A stretch of DNA of 64,000 bases from positions 372,278-436,277 of the forward strand of contig JADJPQ010000004.1 of assembly GCA_016713175.1 (NCBI GenBank). The letters are read 5' to 3'. Positions 9,276-20,335 of this stretch are shown piece after piece. The first letter of the stretch is position 1, and every line of letters begins with the position of its first letter. Both the position numbers and the translations under genes were made by a program. The notes under the pieces were generated by a model, which was not told the DNA's origin, did not search any database, and saw nothing but the letters and a program-made list of their open reading frames with translations. This DNA is from Planctomycetota bacterium. GTDB lineage: Bacteria > Planctomycetota > UBA1135 > UBA2386.

Positions 9276-10823
9276 GTGTCGATGCGCGTTGCTGCGGTTG
9301 CCGCATGGCTTGCCCCTGTCCTGCTGACGCAGGAGCCGACGATGTTCGAAACCGGTTCGGTCGCGATCGGCGACGTGACGTATCCGTACCGGCTGCTGCC
9401 GCCGTTCGGCGAACGACCGGCGGCGGGTTGGCCGGTGGTAGTGTTCTTGCACGGCGCCGGCGAACGCGGCACCGACAACGAACGGCAGTTGACGTGGCTG
9501 GCCCGGCCGATGGCGCAATCGCCGCTGCGCGAACGTTTCCCCTGCCTGTTGCTCGCCGTGCAGTGTCCGCAAGGCGCGATGTGGGTCGAGCGGCCTTGGG
9601 CCGACCGCCGTTCGACACCGATGGCCGCCGCGGCGGCGCCGGCGCTGCAGGCGGTGCAGAAGGCGCTGGCGACCCTGTTGACGCGGCCGGATGTCGATCA
9701 GGACCGCGTCTACCTGACCGGCCTGTCGATGGGCGGCTACGGCTCGTGGGAACTCGCGATGCGGATGCCGGAGACGTTCGCCGCGGTGCTGCCGGTCTGT
9801 GGTGGCGGTGACGAGCGGGAGGCGTGGCGACTGCTCGCCCTGCCGATCTGGGCCTGGCACGGCGCCGCCGACAAAGTGGTGCCGCCGGAACGTTCGCGCC
9901 ACCTGGTCGAGCGTCTGCGTCTGCTCGGCAGCGAGGTGCGCTACGACGAACTGGCGGGCGTCGGCCACGATTCGTGGAAGCAGGCCTACGGTGCCGAGGG
10001 CGCGCTGGCGTGGCTGTTCGCCCAACGGCGCAGCCGGCCGCGCCCGGCGACCCAGATCGGGCTTCGCGGCTGGAGCACGGACCCGGTGGCTGTGCTCCCT
10101 GCCGCGATCGGTCCGCCGACCATCGGCGCCGACGGTGAACTCGGCGACCTCGCGGCGGCTGCGGCGCAGGTCTGGCAGGGGGCCCTGGGCGCGACGGCCC
10201 CGGCAGCCGGATCGGGTGAGCCATCGATCACCCTGCGGCTGGAACCGGAGTCGCCGCACCCCTGGCGGGTCGACGTCGGTGACCGGATCGCGATCAGCGG
10301 TCACGATCGGCGCGCAATCGCCGACGGCCTGGCGATGGTGCTCGGTGCAATGGCTGCGGGCGAACTTGGCCGACGGCAGCATCGCGGCAGCAGTGCGCGT
10401 CACCCTGGCTTCGTCTTGTCGCTGCAGGGATCGGCGGCGAACGCAACAGCGGCACCAGCAATCGCCCGATACAGCTGGCTGTGTGGGATCCGTTGGATCG
10501 AGTTGCCCGCGGACGTCGACGCGGCAGCCTGGCGGCAGGCGGCGGGGGTGTTCGGTATCGAAGTGGTACCGTCTGGAACCGCGATCCATGGTCACGAGTG
10601 GGAGAGCCCCGATGCCTTGCGTTGGAGCGGTGACCCGCAGCGGCTGCCGTCGCTGTCGGCGTTGTCGCAATGGCACCGTTCCCCGAACAAGCTGATCCGC
10701 ATCCAGGTCGATCTGGACCCGGTGGTCTTGCCATCGACGTTGCCGGCGCGCCTCTTGGTGGTGACGTGCGGCGTGCCGCTCGAGCATGTGCCGGCGTTCG
10801 GCAGGTTGTTCTGGCCGCAGTGA
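9276..10823 (+). CDS. Alpha/beta-hydrolase fold esterase/peptidase (phospholipase/carboxylesterase-like) with a roughly 270-aa C-terminal domain of unknown function
   Basis: Signal-like N-terminus. HGAGERG, GLSMGGYG (nucleophile elbow) and a C-terminal GHDSW His motif. Start ambiguous (9276, or Met at about 9342). Confidence 0.55.
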   Translation: MSMRVAAVAAWLAPVLLTQEPTMFETGSVAIGDVTYPYRLLPPFGERPAAGWPVVVFLHGAGERGTDNERQLTWLARPMAQSPLRERFPCLLLAVQCPQGAMWVERPWADRRSTPMAAAAAPALQAVQKALATLLTRPDVDQDRVYLTGLSMGGYGSWELAMRMPETFAAVLPVCGGGDEREAWRLLALPIWAWHGAADKVVPPERSRHLVERLRLLGSEVRYDELAGVGHDSWKQAYGAEGALAWLFAQRRSRPRPATQIGLRGWSTDPVAVLPAAIGPPTIGADGELGDLAAAAAQVWQGALGATAPAAGSGEPSITLRLEPESPHPWRVDVGDRIAISGHDRRAIADGLAMVLGAMAAGELGRRQHRGSSARHPGFVLSLQGSAANATAAPAIARYSWLCGIRWIELPADVDAAAWRQAAGVFGIEVVPSGTAIHGHEWESPDALRWSGDPQRLPSLSALSQWHRSPNKLIRIQVDLDPVVLPSTLPARLLVVTCGVPLEHVPAFGRLFWPQ

Positions 10824-10861
10824 GCGCCGGGCCCGCTCGGGGGTATCCTGCGGCGGTCCCC

Positions 10862-11451
10862 ATGACCGCGATCGACGACGTCCTGCTCGAACGGCTGCGC
10901 ACCGGTGACGACAGTGCGCTCGGCCCGATCTTCGCCTGCCAACGCGATAAATTGCTGCGGATGGTGCAGTTCCGGCTCGATCCACGCCTCGTCGGCCGGA
11001 TCGATGCCGAGGACGTGTTGCAGGAAGCCTACGTCGATGCGCAAAAGCGGCTGTCTGCCTGGCGCGCCGATCCGCGGCCGTTCCACGTGTGGTTGCGGCT
11101 GGTGACGCAGCAGACGATGGTCGACATCCACCGTCGGCACCTCGGCGCCAAGATGCGCGACGCGGGTCGCGACCGGATGGCGCCGCAGAGCCAGAGCCTG
11201 TCCGGGTTCCTGGTCGGGACGATGACGTCGCCGAGCCAGGCGGCGATGCGCGAGGAACTGAAAGTCCAGCTCGAACAGGCGCTCCAGAGCATGGAGGAGA
11301 TCGATCGCGAGGTGCTGGTGTTGCGGCACTTCGAGGAACTGTCCAACAAGGAAGTCGCCGAACTGCTCGGCATCGGCGAGAACGCCGCCAGCAACCGCTA
11401 CGTGCGGGCACTCGGCCGGCTGAAGGGGCTGCTGTCGCGGCTGCAGGAACC

Positions 11452-11455
<4 letters not shown>
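10862..11455 (+). CDS. ECF-type RNA polymerase sigma factor
   Basis: Region 2 (DVLQEAYVDAQKRL...FHVWLRLVTQQTMVDIHR) and region 4 HTH (REVLVLRHFEELSNKEVAELLGI...NRYVRAL). Its stop overlaps the GTG start of the downstream kinase (GTGA). Confidence 0.8.
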
Positions 11456-14133
<2,678 letters not shown>

Positions 14134-15570
14134 TCAGGCCAGGATCGCGTGCGCGACCTTGCCGGCGACGTCCGTCAGCCGGAAGTCGCGGCCGGCGTGG
14201 CGGAAGGTCAGCCGTTCGTGGTCGAGCCCGAGCAGATGCAACAGGGTCGCGTGCAGGTCGTGCACGTGCATCTTGTCGTGCGTCGCGTAGTAGCCGTAGT
14301 CGTCGGTGGCGCCGTACGAGAACCCCTGCCGGACGCCGCCGCCGCACAGCCAATGGGTGAACGCATGCGGGTTGTGGTCGCGACCGGTGCCGCCTTCGCT
14401 GGTCGGCGTGCGCCCGAACTCGCCACCCCACCAGACGAGCGTGTCTTCCAGCAGTCCGCGCTGTTCCAGATCGGTCAACAAGCCGGCGATCGGGCGGTCG
14501 ACCTCGAGCGCATTGCTGCGGTGGTCCTTTTCCAGGTTGCCGTGCTGGTCCCACTTGTACGAGTGCGTGCACTGCACGAACCGGACACCGGTCTCCAGCA
14601 GCCGGCGCGCCATCAGGCACTGGCGTCCGAAGTTCTCGGTCTTGGGGTCATCCAGGCCGTACAGGGTCTTCGTCGCGGCGCTCTCCCGCTCGACGTCGAG
14701 CACTTCCGGGGCCCGGGCCTGCATCCGGAACGCCAATTCGAACGATTCGCTGCGCGCCGGCAGCGCCGAGTCCTCGCTGCGCGCCGCGGCGTGTTCGCCG
14801 TTGATCGCCGCCAGCAGATCGAGCTGTGCGCGTTGCTGATCGCGGGGGCGATCGGGATGCCGCAGATGCTGCACCATCGCCTGCCGGGCCGGCACCGAGG
14901 CATTGCCGAGCGGCGTGCCCTGGAACACCGCCGGCAGGAAGGCCGACGACCAGTTGTTGACGCCGCCGTGCCCGAGCGTCGGGCACAGCGTCACGAAGCC
15001 GGGCAGATCCTGGTTCTCGGTGCCGAGCCCATAGGTGACCCACGAGCCGATGCTCGGTCGCACGAACGTGTCGCTGCCGGTGTGCACCTTCAGCAGCGCG
15101 CCGCCGTGCGCGTCGTTGCTGCCGTGCAGGCTCTTCAGGAAGCACAGCTTGTCGACGCAGGCGGCGACGTGCGGCCACAGTTCACTGACCCAGGCGCCGG
15201 ACTGGCCGTGCTGCTTGAAGCGGTATGGCGAACCCATCAGCGCGCCGGTCTCGGCGAAGGTCACCCGTGGCTTGGCGAACGGCAACGGCTTGCCGTGGTC
15301 TCGCTGCAGCAGCGGTTTGTAGTCGAAGGTGTCGACCTGCGACGGTCCGCCGTGCATGAACAGGAACAGGATGCGTTTGGCCCGCGGGGCGAAGTGCGGC
15401 TGGCGTGGCGCCAGCGGCGATTCCTGGCCTGATCGCAATGCCCCGCGCAGCAGACTGGCGGCCCGCAACTCGTCGGCGAATGCGAACATGCCCACGCCGG
15501 CAGCGCCGTGCAGCAAGAGCTGCCGCCGCGAGACTCCGGGACCGCGGGGATGGTCGTGGTGGTCGGTCAT
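14134..15570 (-). CDS. DUF1501 (sulfatase-like) family protein with a Tat signal
   Basis: Twin-arginine motif SRRQLLLHGAAGVG. Conserved DUF1501 blocks (ILFLFMHGGPSQVDTFD, GRDHNPHAFTHWLCGGGV). Lies downstream of the DUF1549/DUF1553 gene, the canonical planctomycete pairing. Confidence 0.8.
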   Translation of the reverse strand: MTDHHDHPRGPGVSRRQLLLHGAAGVGMFAFADELRAASLLRGALRSGQESPLAPRQPHFAPRAKRILFLFMHGGPSQVDTFDYKPLLQRDHGKPLPFAKPRVTFAETGALMGSPYRFKQHGQSGAWVSELWPHVAACVDKLCFLKSLHGSNDAHGGALLKVHTGSDTFVRPSIGSWVTYGLGTENQDLPGFVTLCPTLGHGGVNNWSSAFLPAVFQGTPLGNASVPARQAMVQHLRHPDRPRDQQRAQLDLLAAINGEHAAARSEDSALPARSESFELAFRMQARAPEVLDVERESAATKTLYGLDDPKTENFGRQCLMARRLLETGVRFVQCTHSYKWDQHGNLEKDHRSNALEVDRPIAGLLTDLEQRGLLEDTLVWWGGEFGRTPTSEGGTGRDHNPHAFTHWLCGGGVRQGFSYGATDDYGYYATHDKMHVHDLHATLLHLLGLDHERLTFRHAGRDFRLTDVAGKVAHAILA

Positions 15571-15575
15571 GGGAC

Positions 15576-18464
15576 TCAGTCGATGTACAGGAACTCGTTG
15601 CTGGCCAGGGCGATCTGGCACAGTTGCGGCCACGGCTCGGTCACCCCGGACGCCCTGGCCTGTTGCAGCCATTCCGCGATCCGCGAGCGCTCGTTGACGG
15701 ACGGTGTGCGGCCGAGCGCCTGCCGCCAGATCCAGTCGATCCGCGGGCCCGCCTCGGCGATTGCCGCAGCCGCCGCGGCGAACGCGCGCGCCTGCTCGTT
15801 GGCGAACGGACTGTTCAGCAGCAGCAGCGCCTGCGGCGCGACGGCACTGGCCGGACGTTGTTCGATGTGGACGCTCGGATCGCAGAAGTCGAATGCGGTG
15901 AAGAAATCGAACATCGCATTGCGGATCACCGGCAGATAAAGCGATCGCCGTGGTGCCGAGTAATGCGCGCCGTTGCCCGACTGGTCGTTGGTGACGTAGT
16001 CGCGGTCCTTGACTGTCAACAGCGTGCCGCCGACGGTGCGATCCAGGGTGCCCGCCACCGCCAGCATCGCGTCGCGGACGATCTCCGCTTCGAGGCGGAC
16101 GCGGTTCTGACGCCACAGCAAGCGGTTCTCGGGATCGACGGCAGCAGCCGCCGGATCGTGGGACGACGCCAGTTGCCAGGTCCGCGACAACAGGATGCGG
16201 CGGAACAGCCGCTTCTGCGACCAGCCATCGGCGATCAGTTCGCGCGCCAGCCAGTCGAGCAGTTCGGGATGGCTCGGTCGGTCGCCGCGGACGCCGAAGT
16301 TGGATGGCGACCGCACGAGGCCGTGGCCGAACAGATGCTGCCAGGTGCGATTGACCTGCACGCGCGCGGTCAGCGGATGGCGTGGATCGAACAGCCACCG
16401 CGCCAGTTCGCGGCGGCCGCTCCCGTTTGGCGGCATCGCGGGTCCCGGCACGATCGACGCCAGCTCCGCGAGATAGCCGCGCGGCGTCGCCACTTCGGCC
16501 AGCGCCAGGTGGTTGCCGCGGATGTGCAGTTGCAGGTCGACCGGCTTGCCGTCGCGGACGCACATCGCCACTGGAGCCTGTGGCGGCACGGCGGCCTTGG
16601 CAGCGTCGCGCGCGGTCGTCAGTTCGTGCAGTCGCGCCTGCAGCGGCGCCGGCAATGCCTGCCGCAGCGCGTCATCCTGCACCGCCAAGAGCCCTCCGGG
16701 CTCGAACAGCAGCGCGCGAGCGCTCTCCAGCAGCGCGTCGCCGAGTTGCCTGGGTGGCTTGTCCTTGTCGGCTGCCGCGAGCGCGCGTTGCCACGCATCG
16801 GCCGCGGTGGCGAACAGGGTCTGGTAGCGGGCCGCGAGTTCGCGCCGCGATTGCGGCGGCAGGCCGCCCAGCAGCACCGCGAATGGTCCGCCCTTGCCCT
16901 GCTGCGCGCTGGCGCGTTCGGCGAACGTCGCGTCGTCGGCGTCGGCGAGCCGTTGCCACGGCTCGAGCAGCGGCGCATCGGCCCGCGTCAGCAGGGAATC
17001 GGCGACTTGCCGGATCACCGGCGCGATCAGGCCGTCGGCGAGCGGTGAGTTCGCCGGCCACGGGCGCGTCGAGCCGTCGCCCAGGTGCAGCAGCAGCAGC
17101 TTGTCGAGATGTGGCGTGGAGCCGTGCAGTCCCTGCAGCCGCAGCGTGTGGCGCCCTGGCGCGAGGTCGAACTCGGCGGCGACGAACCAACGCTGCTGCG
17201 CCGGGAACCAGTCGCCGGTGGTGTGTTCGAGCGTGCGATCGGCAATGACCTTGCCGTCGATCGAGAGCTGCAGCGGACGCGACTCCTTGCCGGCCATCCG
17301 GACTTCGAGTCGATGGCGGCCGGCGTGCGCGACGTCGACCTCGTACTCGGCGAACTGCGTGCCGCCCTGATGCGTGTGCAGCACGATGCAAGCCGGTGAC
17401 CCCCAGTGCTCGCGGTCGGCGCGCAGATTGGTCCGGGCCGCGGATTCGGCTTCGATGAAGTTGGCATCGGCGAGCGCCGCCTGGGCGGCGAGCAGGTAGC
17501 GGCCGATGTCGGCGACGGTCGCCTGGCGCAGTTCCTGCGTCACGGCGCGTTCGGTCTGTTCCAGCTCGGCTGCCTTGGCATCGGCGAGGCCCTGCAGGCG
17601 CTTGCGCTCGGCGATCTCGGCGTCGGTCGCCAGTTCGCGATCGACCCAGCGCGAGACGTGGTCGAGGTTGGCGAACGTGTCGGTGCTCTTGAAGATGCCG
17701 GCCAGCGCGAAGTAGTCGCGCTGCGACACCGGGTCGAACTTGTGGTCATGGCAGCGCGCGCAGCCGATCGTCAAGCCGACGAACGTGCGGCCGACCAGAT
17801 CCAACTGTTCATCGACGGTGTCGAACAGCAGCTTGTCCTTGTCCTGCTCGGCGAGCATTTTCGGGCCGAGCGCGAGGAAACCGGTGGCGACGATGCGATC
17901 CGGCAGCGGCGCGGGATCGTCGGCCGGCAGCAGGTCGCCGGCGATCTGCAGGCTGCCGAACCGGTCGAACGGCAAGTCGTCGTTGAACGCGCGGACGACC
18001 CAGTCGCGGTAACGGAACGCTTGTGCGAACGCGAGGTTCTCGTCGAGGCCGTTGCTGTCGCTGTAACGCGCCAGGTCGAGCCAATGCCGCGCCTGCCGCT
18101 CGCCGAAGTGCGGTGACGCGAGCAGGCGGTCGACGACCTTGGCGAAGGCATCGGGCGCCGGATCGGCCACGAACGCGTCGACTTCGGTCGGAGTTGGCGG
18201 CAGGCCGGTCAGCGCGAAGTGGGCGCGGCGCAGCAGCGTGCGGCGGTCGGCGACCGCGGCCGGCGTGACGCCGGCTGCCACTTGGGCCTGGCGGACGAAG
18301 CGGTCGATCGGCGTGCTGTTCCACGCTGGTTCGGCGACGGTCGGTGGCGACGCTTCCGCCAGCGGCCGGAACGACCACAGCGACGGCTCATCGGCGCGTT
18401 GGGCGACCAACCACGACGACAACAGGACGGCCGCAGCGACGAAGCGCTCTGGTTTGGCAACCAA
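15576..18464 (-). CDS. DUF1549/DUF1553 (PSCyt2/PSD1) family secreted protein
   Basis: Signal peptide. DUF1549 blocks (HWLDLARYSDSNGLDEN, CARCHDHKFDP) and a C-terminal DUF1553 block (RPSHPELLDWLA...DGWSQKRLFRRILLSRTWQ). Confidence 0.8.
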   Translation of the reverse strand: MVAKPERFVAAAVLLSSWLVAQRADEPSLWSFRPLAEASPPTVAEPAWNSTPIDRFVRQAQVAAGVTPAAVADRRTLLRRAHFALTGLPPTPTEVDAFVADPAPDAFAKVVDRLLASPHFGERQARHWLDLARYSDSNGLDENLAFAQAFRYRDWVVRAFNDDLPFDRFGSLQIAGDLLPADDPAPLPDRIVATGFLALGPKMLAEQDKDKLLFDTVDEQLDLVGRTFVGLTIGCARCHDHKFDPVSQRDYFALAGIFKSTDTFANLDHVSRWVDRELATDAEIAERKRLQGLADAKAAELEQTERAVTQELRQATVADIGRYLLAAQAALADANFIEAESAARTNLRADREHWGSPACIVLHTHQGGTQFAEYEVDVAHAGRHRLEVRMAGKESRPLQLSIDGKVIADRTLEHTTGDWFPAQQRWFVAAEFDLAPGRHTLRLQGLHGSTPHLDKLLLLHLGDGSTRPWPANSPLADGLIAPVIRQVADSLLTRADAPLLEPWQRLADADDATFAERASAQQGKGGPFAVLLGGLPPQSRRELAARYQTLFATAADAWQRALAAADKDKPPRQLGDALLESARALLFEPGGLLAVQDDALRQALPAPLQARLHELTTARDAAKAAVPPQAPVAMCVRDGKPVDLQLHIRGNHLALAEVATPRGYLAELASIVPGPAMPPNGSGRRELARWLFDPRHPLTARVQVNRTWQHLFGHGLVRSPSNFGVRGDRPSHPELLDWLARELIADGWSQKRLFRRILLSRTWQLASSHDPAAAAVDPENRLLWRQNRVRLEAEIVRDAMLAVAGTLDRTVGGTLLTVKDRDYVTNDQSGNGAHYSAPRRSLYLPVIRNAMFDFFTAFDFCDPSVHIEQRPASAVAPQALLLLNSPFANEQARAFAAAAAAIAEAGPRIDWIWRQALGRTPSVNERSRIAEWLQQARASGVTEPWPQLCQIALASNEFLYID

Positions 18465-18509
18465 GGGAAGACCGGGGCTTGGGACCGCCAGACGATAGCG
18501 GTCGATGGG

Positions 18510-18959
18510 TCAGCGCGACAGGCGCGCCAGCACTCTTTGCCAATAGCGTTCGGTCTGCGGCCGGGTCGGGCCCGACGGTCCGCCGTTGTGGGTGCGGGCG
18601 ATGATCTCGGCGTCACCGATCGCCCAGGCACCGGGAACGTAGCGTTCCATGTAGGCGGTGAGGACCCGTTCGGCGTAACTGCGATCGCGACAGTCCTGGT
18701 AGGTGCCGCCGAGGTGCTTGCGGAAGGCGGTGGCGTCGCGCCAGTAGACTTCGTGGATCTGGTACGGGCCGATGGCGCGGCCGTCGTCGCCATCGGGAGG
18801 GTTTGGTCGGTCGCCGCTCTCGACGAAGCGGATGGCGGCGAGGATCTGGTCGCGGGGCCAGGTGGGGTGGGGGCGGGTGCTGCAGCGATGGATGGTCAGC
18901 AGGATCGCGATGACGACGCCGGTAGCGGCGAAAACGTGTTCCAGGCGCAGACGTCGCAT
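18510..18959 (-). CDS. Small membrane-anchored protein with a destabilase/i-type-lysozyme-like motif
   Basis: Signal-anchor VFAATGVVIAILLTI followed by AIRFVESGDRPNPPDGDDGRAIGPYQIHEVYWRDA and NGGPSG, reminiscent of invertebrate-type lysozyme/destabilase domains. Start chosen at MRRLRLEH, because the track ORF begins 119 codons earlier in an Arg-rich non-protein-like region. Confidence 0.4.
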   Translation of the reverse strand: MRRLRLEHVFAATGVVIAILLTIHRCSTRPHPTWPRDQILAAIRFVESGDRPNPPDGDDGRAIGPYQIHEVYWRDATAFRKHLGGTYQDCRDRSYAERVLTAYMERYVPGAWAIGDAEIIARTHNGGPSGPTRPQTERYWQRVLARLSR

Positions 18960-19045
18960 CAGGCGCGAAAGCGATCGGTTGCGGCGGCCTCGCTGGTCGC
19001 CCTCGGCATTGCTCGGGGACCGGCGCGTTTCCTGCTCGTTGTGAG

Positions 19046-20335
19046 TCAGCGGATCAGGATCGACAGGGCGTCGCTGAACGCGAAACCGAACGCATTGACT
19101 CCGGACGAGGTGGCTCCTTGGGCAAACACTAGCATGCCTGCCAGTGCGGGATCGGCAGGGACGGGAATCGGGAAGCGATCGCGGCCATTGCTGTCGGCGA
19201 CACCGACAAACGACACGTCCGGTGAAGCCCACAGGGCACATCCAGGGGCGCCAACCTGTGCGCCCAGAAACGGCAGAGCCCAGCCGGACCACGCGGCATC
19301 GCTTGTGCCAAGCCAAAACACCGAGAGTGAGCCCGCCTGGAGTTGTCGCAGAGTCAGCTGGAACGTCTGTCCAGGCCGTGGCAGCCCAGAAGAACCCATG
19401 CGCGGCTCGAGGCCAGCGCTGGTCACGCAGCCGCGCCCATACGACTCGAAGGGGCGCGGCGCCGCGGCGACAAGCGCTATCTGGACGCCACTACCAAAGG
19501 CGATCAGATGCCAGGCACTGCCGGGGACCTTTCGCCACAACGAGAGATAGGTGCTCCACGGCGCTGCGGCCAGTTCGGATGTCCACGGATCGATGACGAC
19601 ACTGCCGCCGCCGGTGGCGAACGCAGGGTCGCTCGGGGCAACCTCGGTCGCAAGAACGGCGCCCGAGTCGATGTCGATGCGGAGCACGCTGGTATGATCG
19701 AGAATCAGCAGGTCGCGATCGGCGCCCAGGGAAATAGTCGGTCCAATGCGTGGCTGGTGAGCCTGCGGCAGCACCAACAGTGGCCGGAACACCGGCCCCG
19801 CGGGCACGAAATCGACTGCCCACACGTGCGCAGGGTTCGTGACCGTGACGTCGACTGCGAAGAACACTTCACGCCCGTCCGTCGCAAGGCCGGACACGCG
19901 GCCAGTCAGACCCAGTGTCGCCAACATGCCATTGTGCATCAGCATCGCGGGGCCGATCCCCTGCTTGGGTGTGAAGCCGAGTTCGCCTTGGATCCCTATT
20001 TGCCAGATCGCGTGACGCGCCGCGGCGATGTGTCGTCCGGTGAACGGTAGCGACGGCAGGCTCGAGCCAGGTGCGAACGCCCGGGATGTCGGGTCGAACC
20101 AGAGTTGATCGACTGAACTCCGATCTGCGTAAATGTAGCCATCGCCACCGGACGCAAGGGAGATCGCGCCGGCCGGGTCACTTCCAAGCAGGCGGCCGTC
20201 CGGCGCGAACACCAAGATGTAGTTCACGCCACCGGCCACCCAGCCCGTCGAGGGGAGCTGCGTCGAACCCGCAACGGCCAACCCTGCGACAGCCAAGGCG
20301 CACTTACACAGAGCTGTCAACGAGGCCGGTATCAT
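19046..20335 (-). CDS. Hypothetical secreted protein
   Basis: Signal peptide MIPASLTALCKCALAVAGLAVAG. Start codon overlaps the upstream gene stop (ATGA). Gly/Ser/Pro-rich beta-type composition. No recognisable catalytic motif. Confidence 0.5.
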   Translation of the reverse strand: MIPASLTALCKCALAVAGLAVAGSTQLPSTGWVAGGVNYILVFAPDGRLLGSDPAGAISLASGGDGYIYADRSSVDQLWFDPTSRAFAPGSSLPSLPFTGRHIAAARHAIWQIGIQGELGFTPKQGIGPAMLMHNGMLATLGLTGRVSGLATDGREVFFAVDVTVTNPAHVWAVDFVPAGPVFRPLLVLPQAHQPRIGPTISLGADRDLLILDHTSVLRIDIDSGAVLATEVAPSDPAFATGGGSVVIDPWTSELAAAPWSTYLSLWRKVPGSAWHLIAFGSGVQIALVAAAPRPFESYGRGCVTSAGLEPRMGSSGLPRPGQTFQLTLRQLQAGSLSVFWLGTSDAAWSGWALPFLGAQVGAPGCALWASPDVSFVGVADSNGRDRFPIPVPADPALAGMLVFAQGATSSGVNAFGFAFSDALSILIR

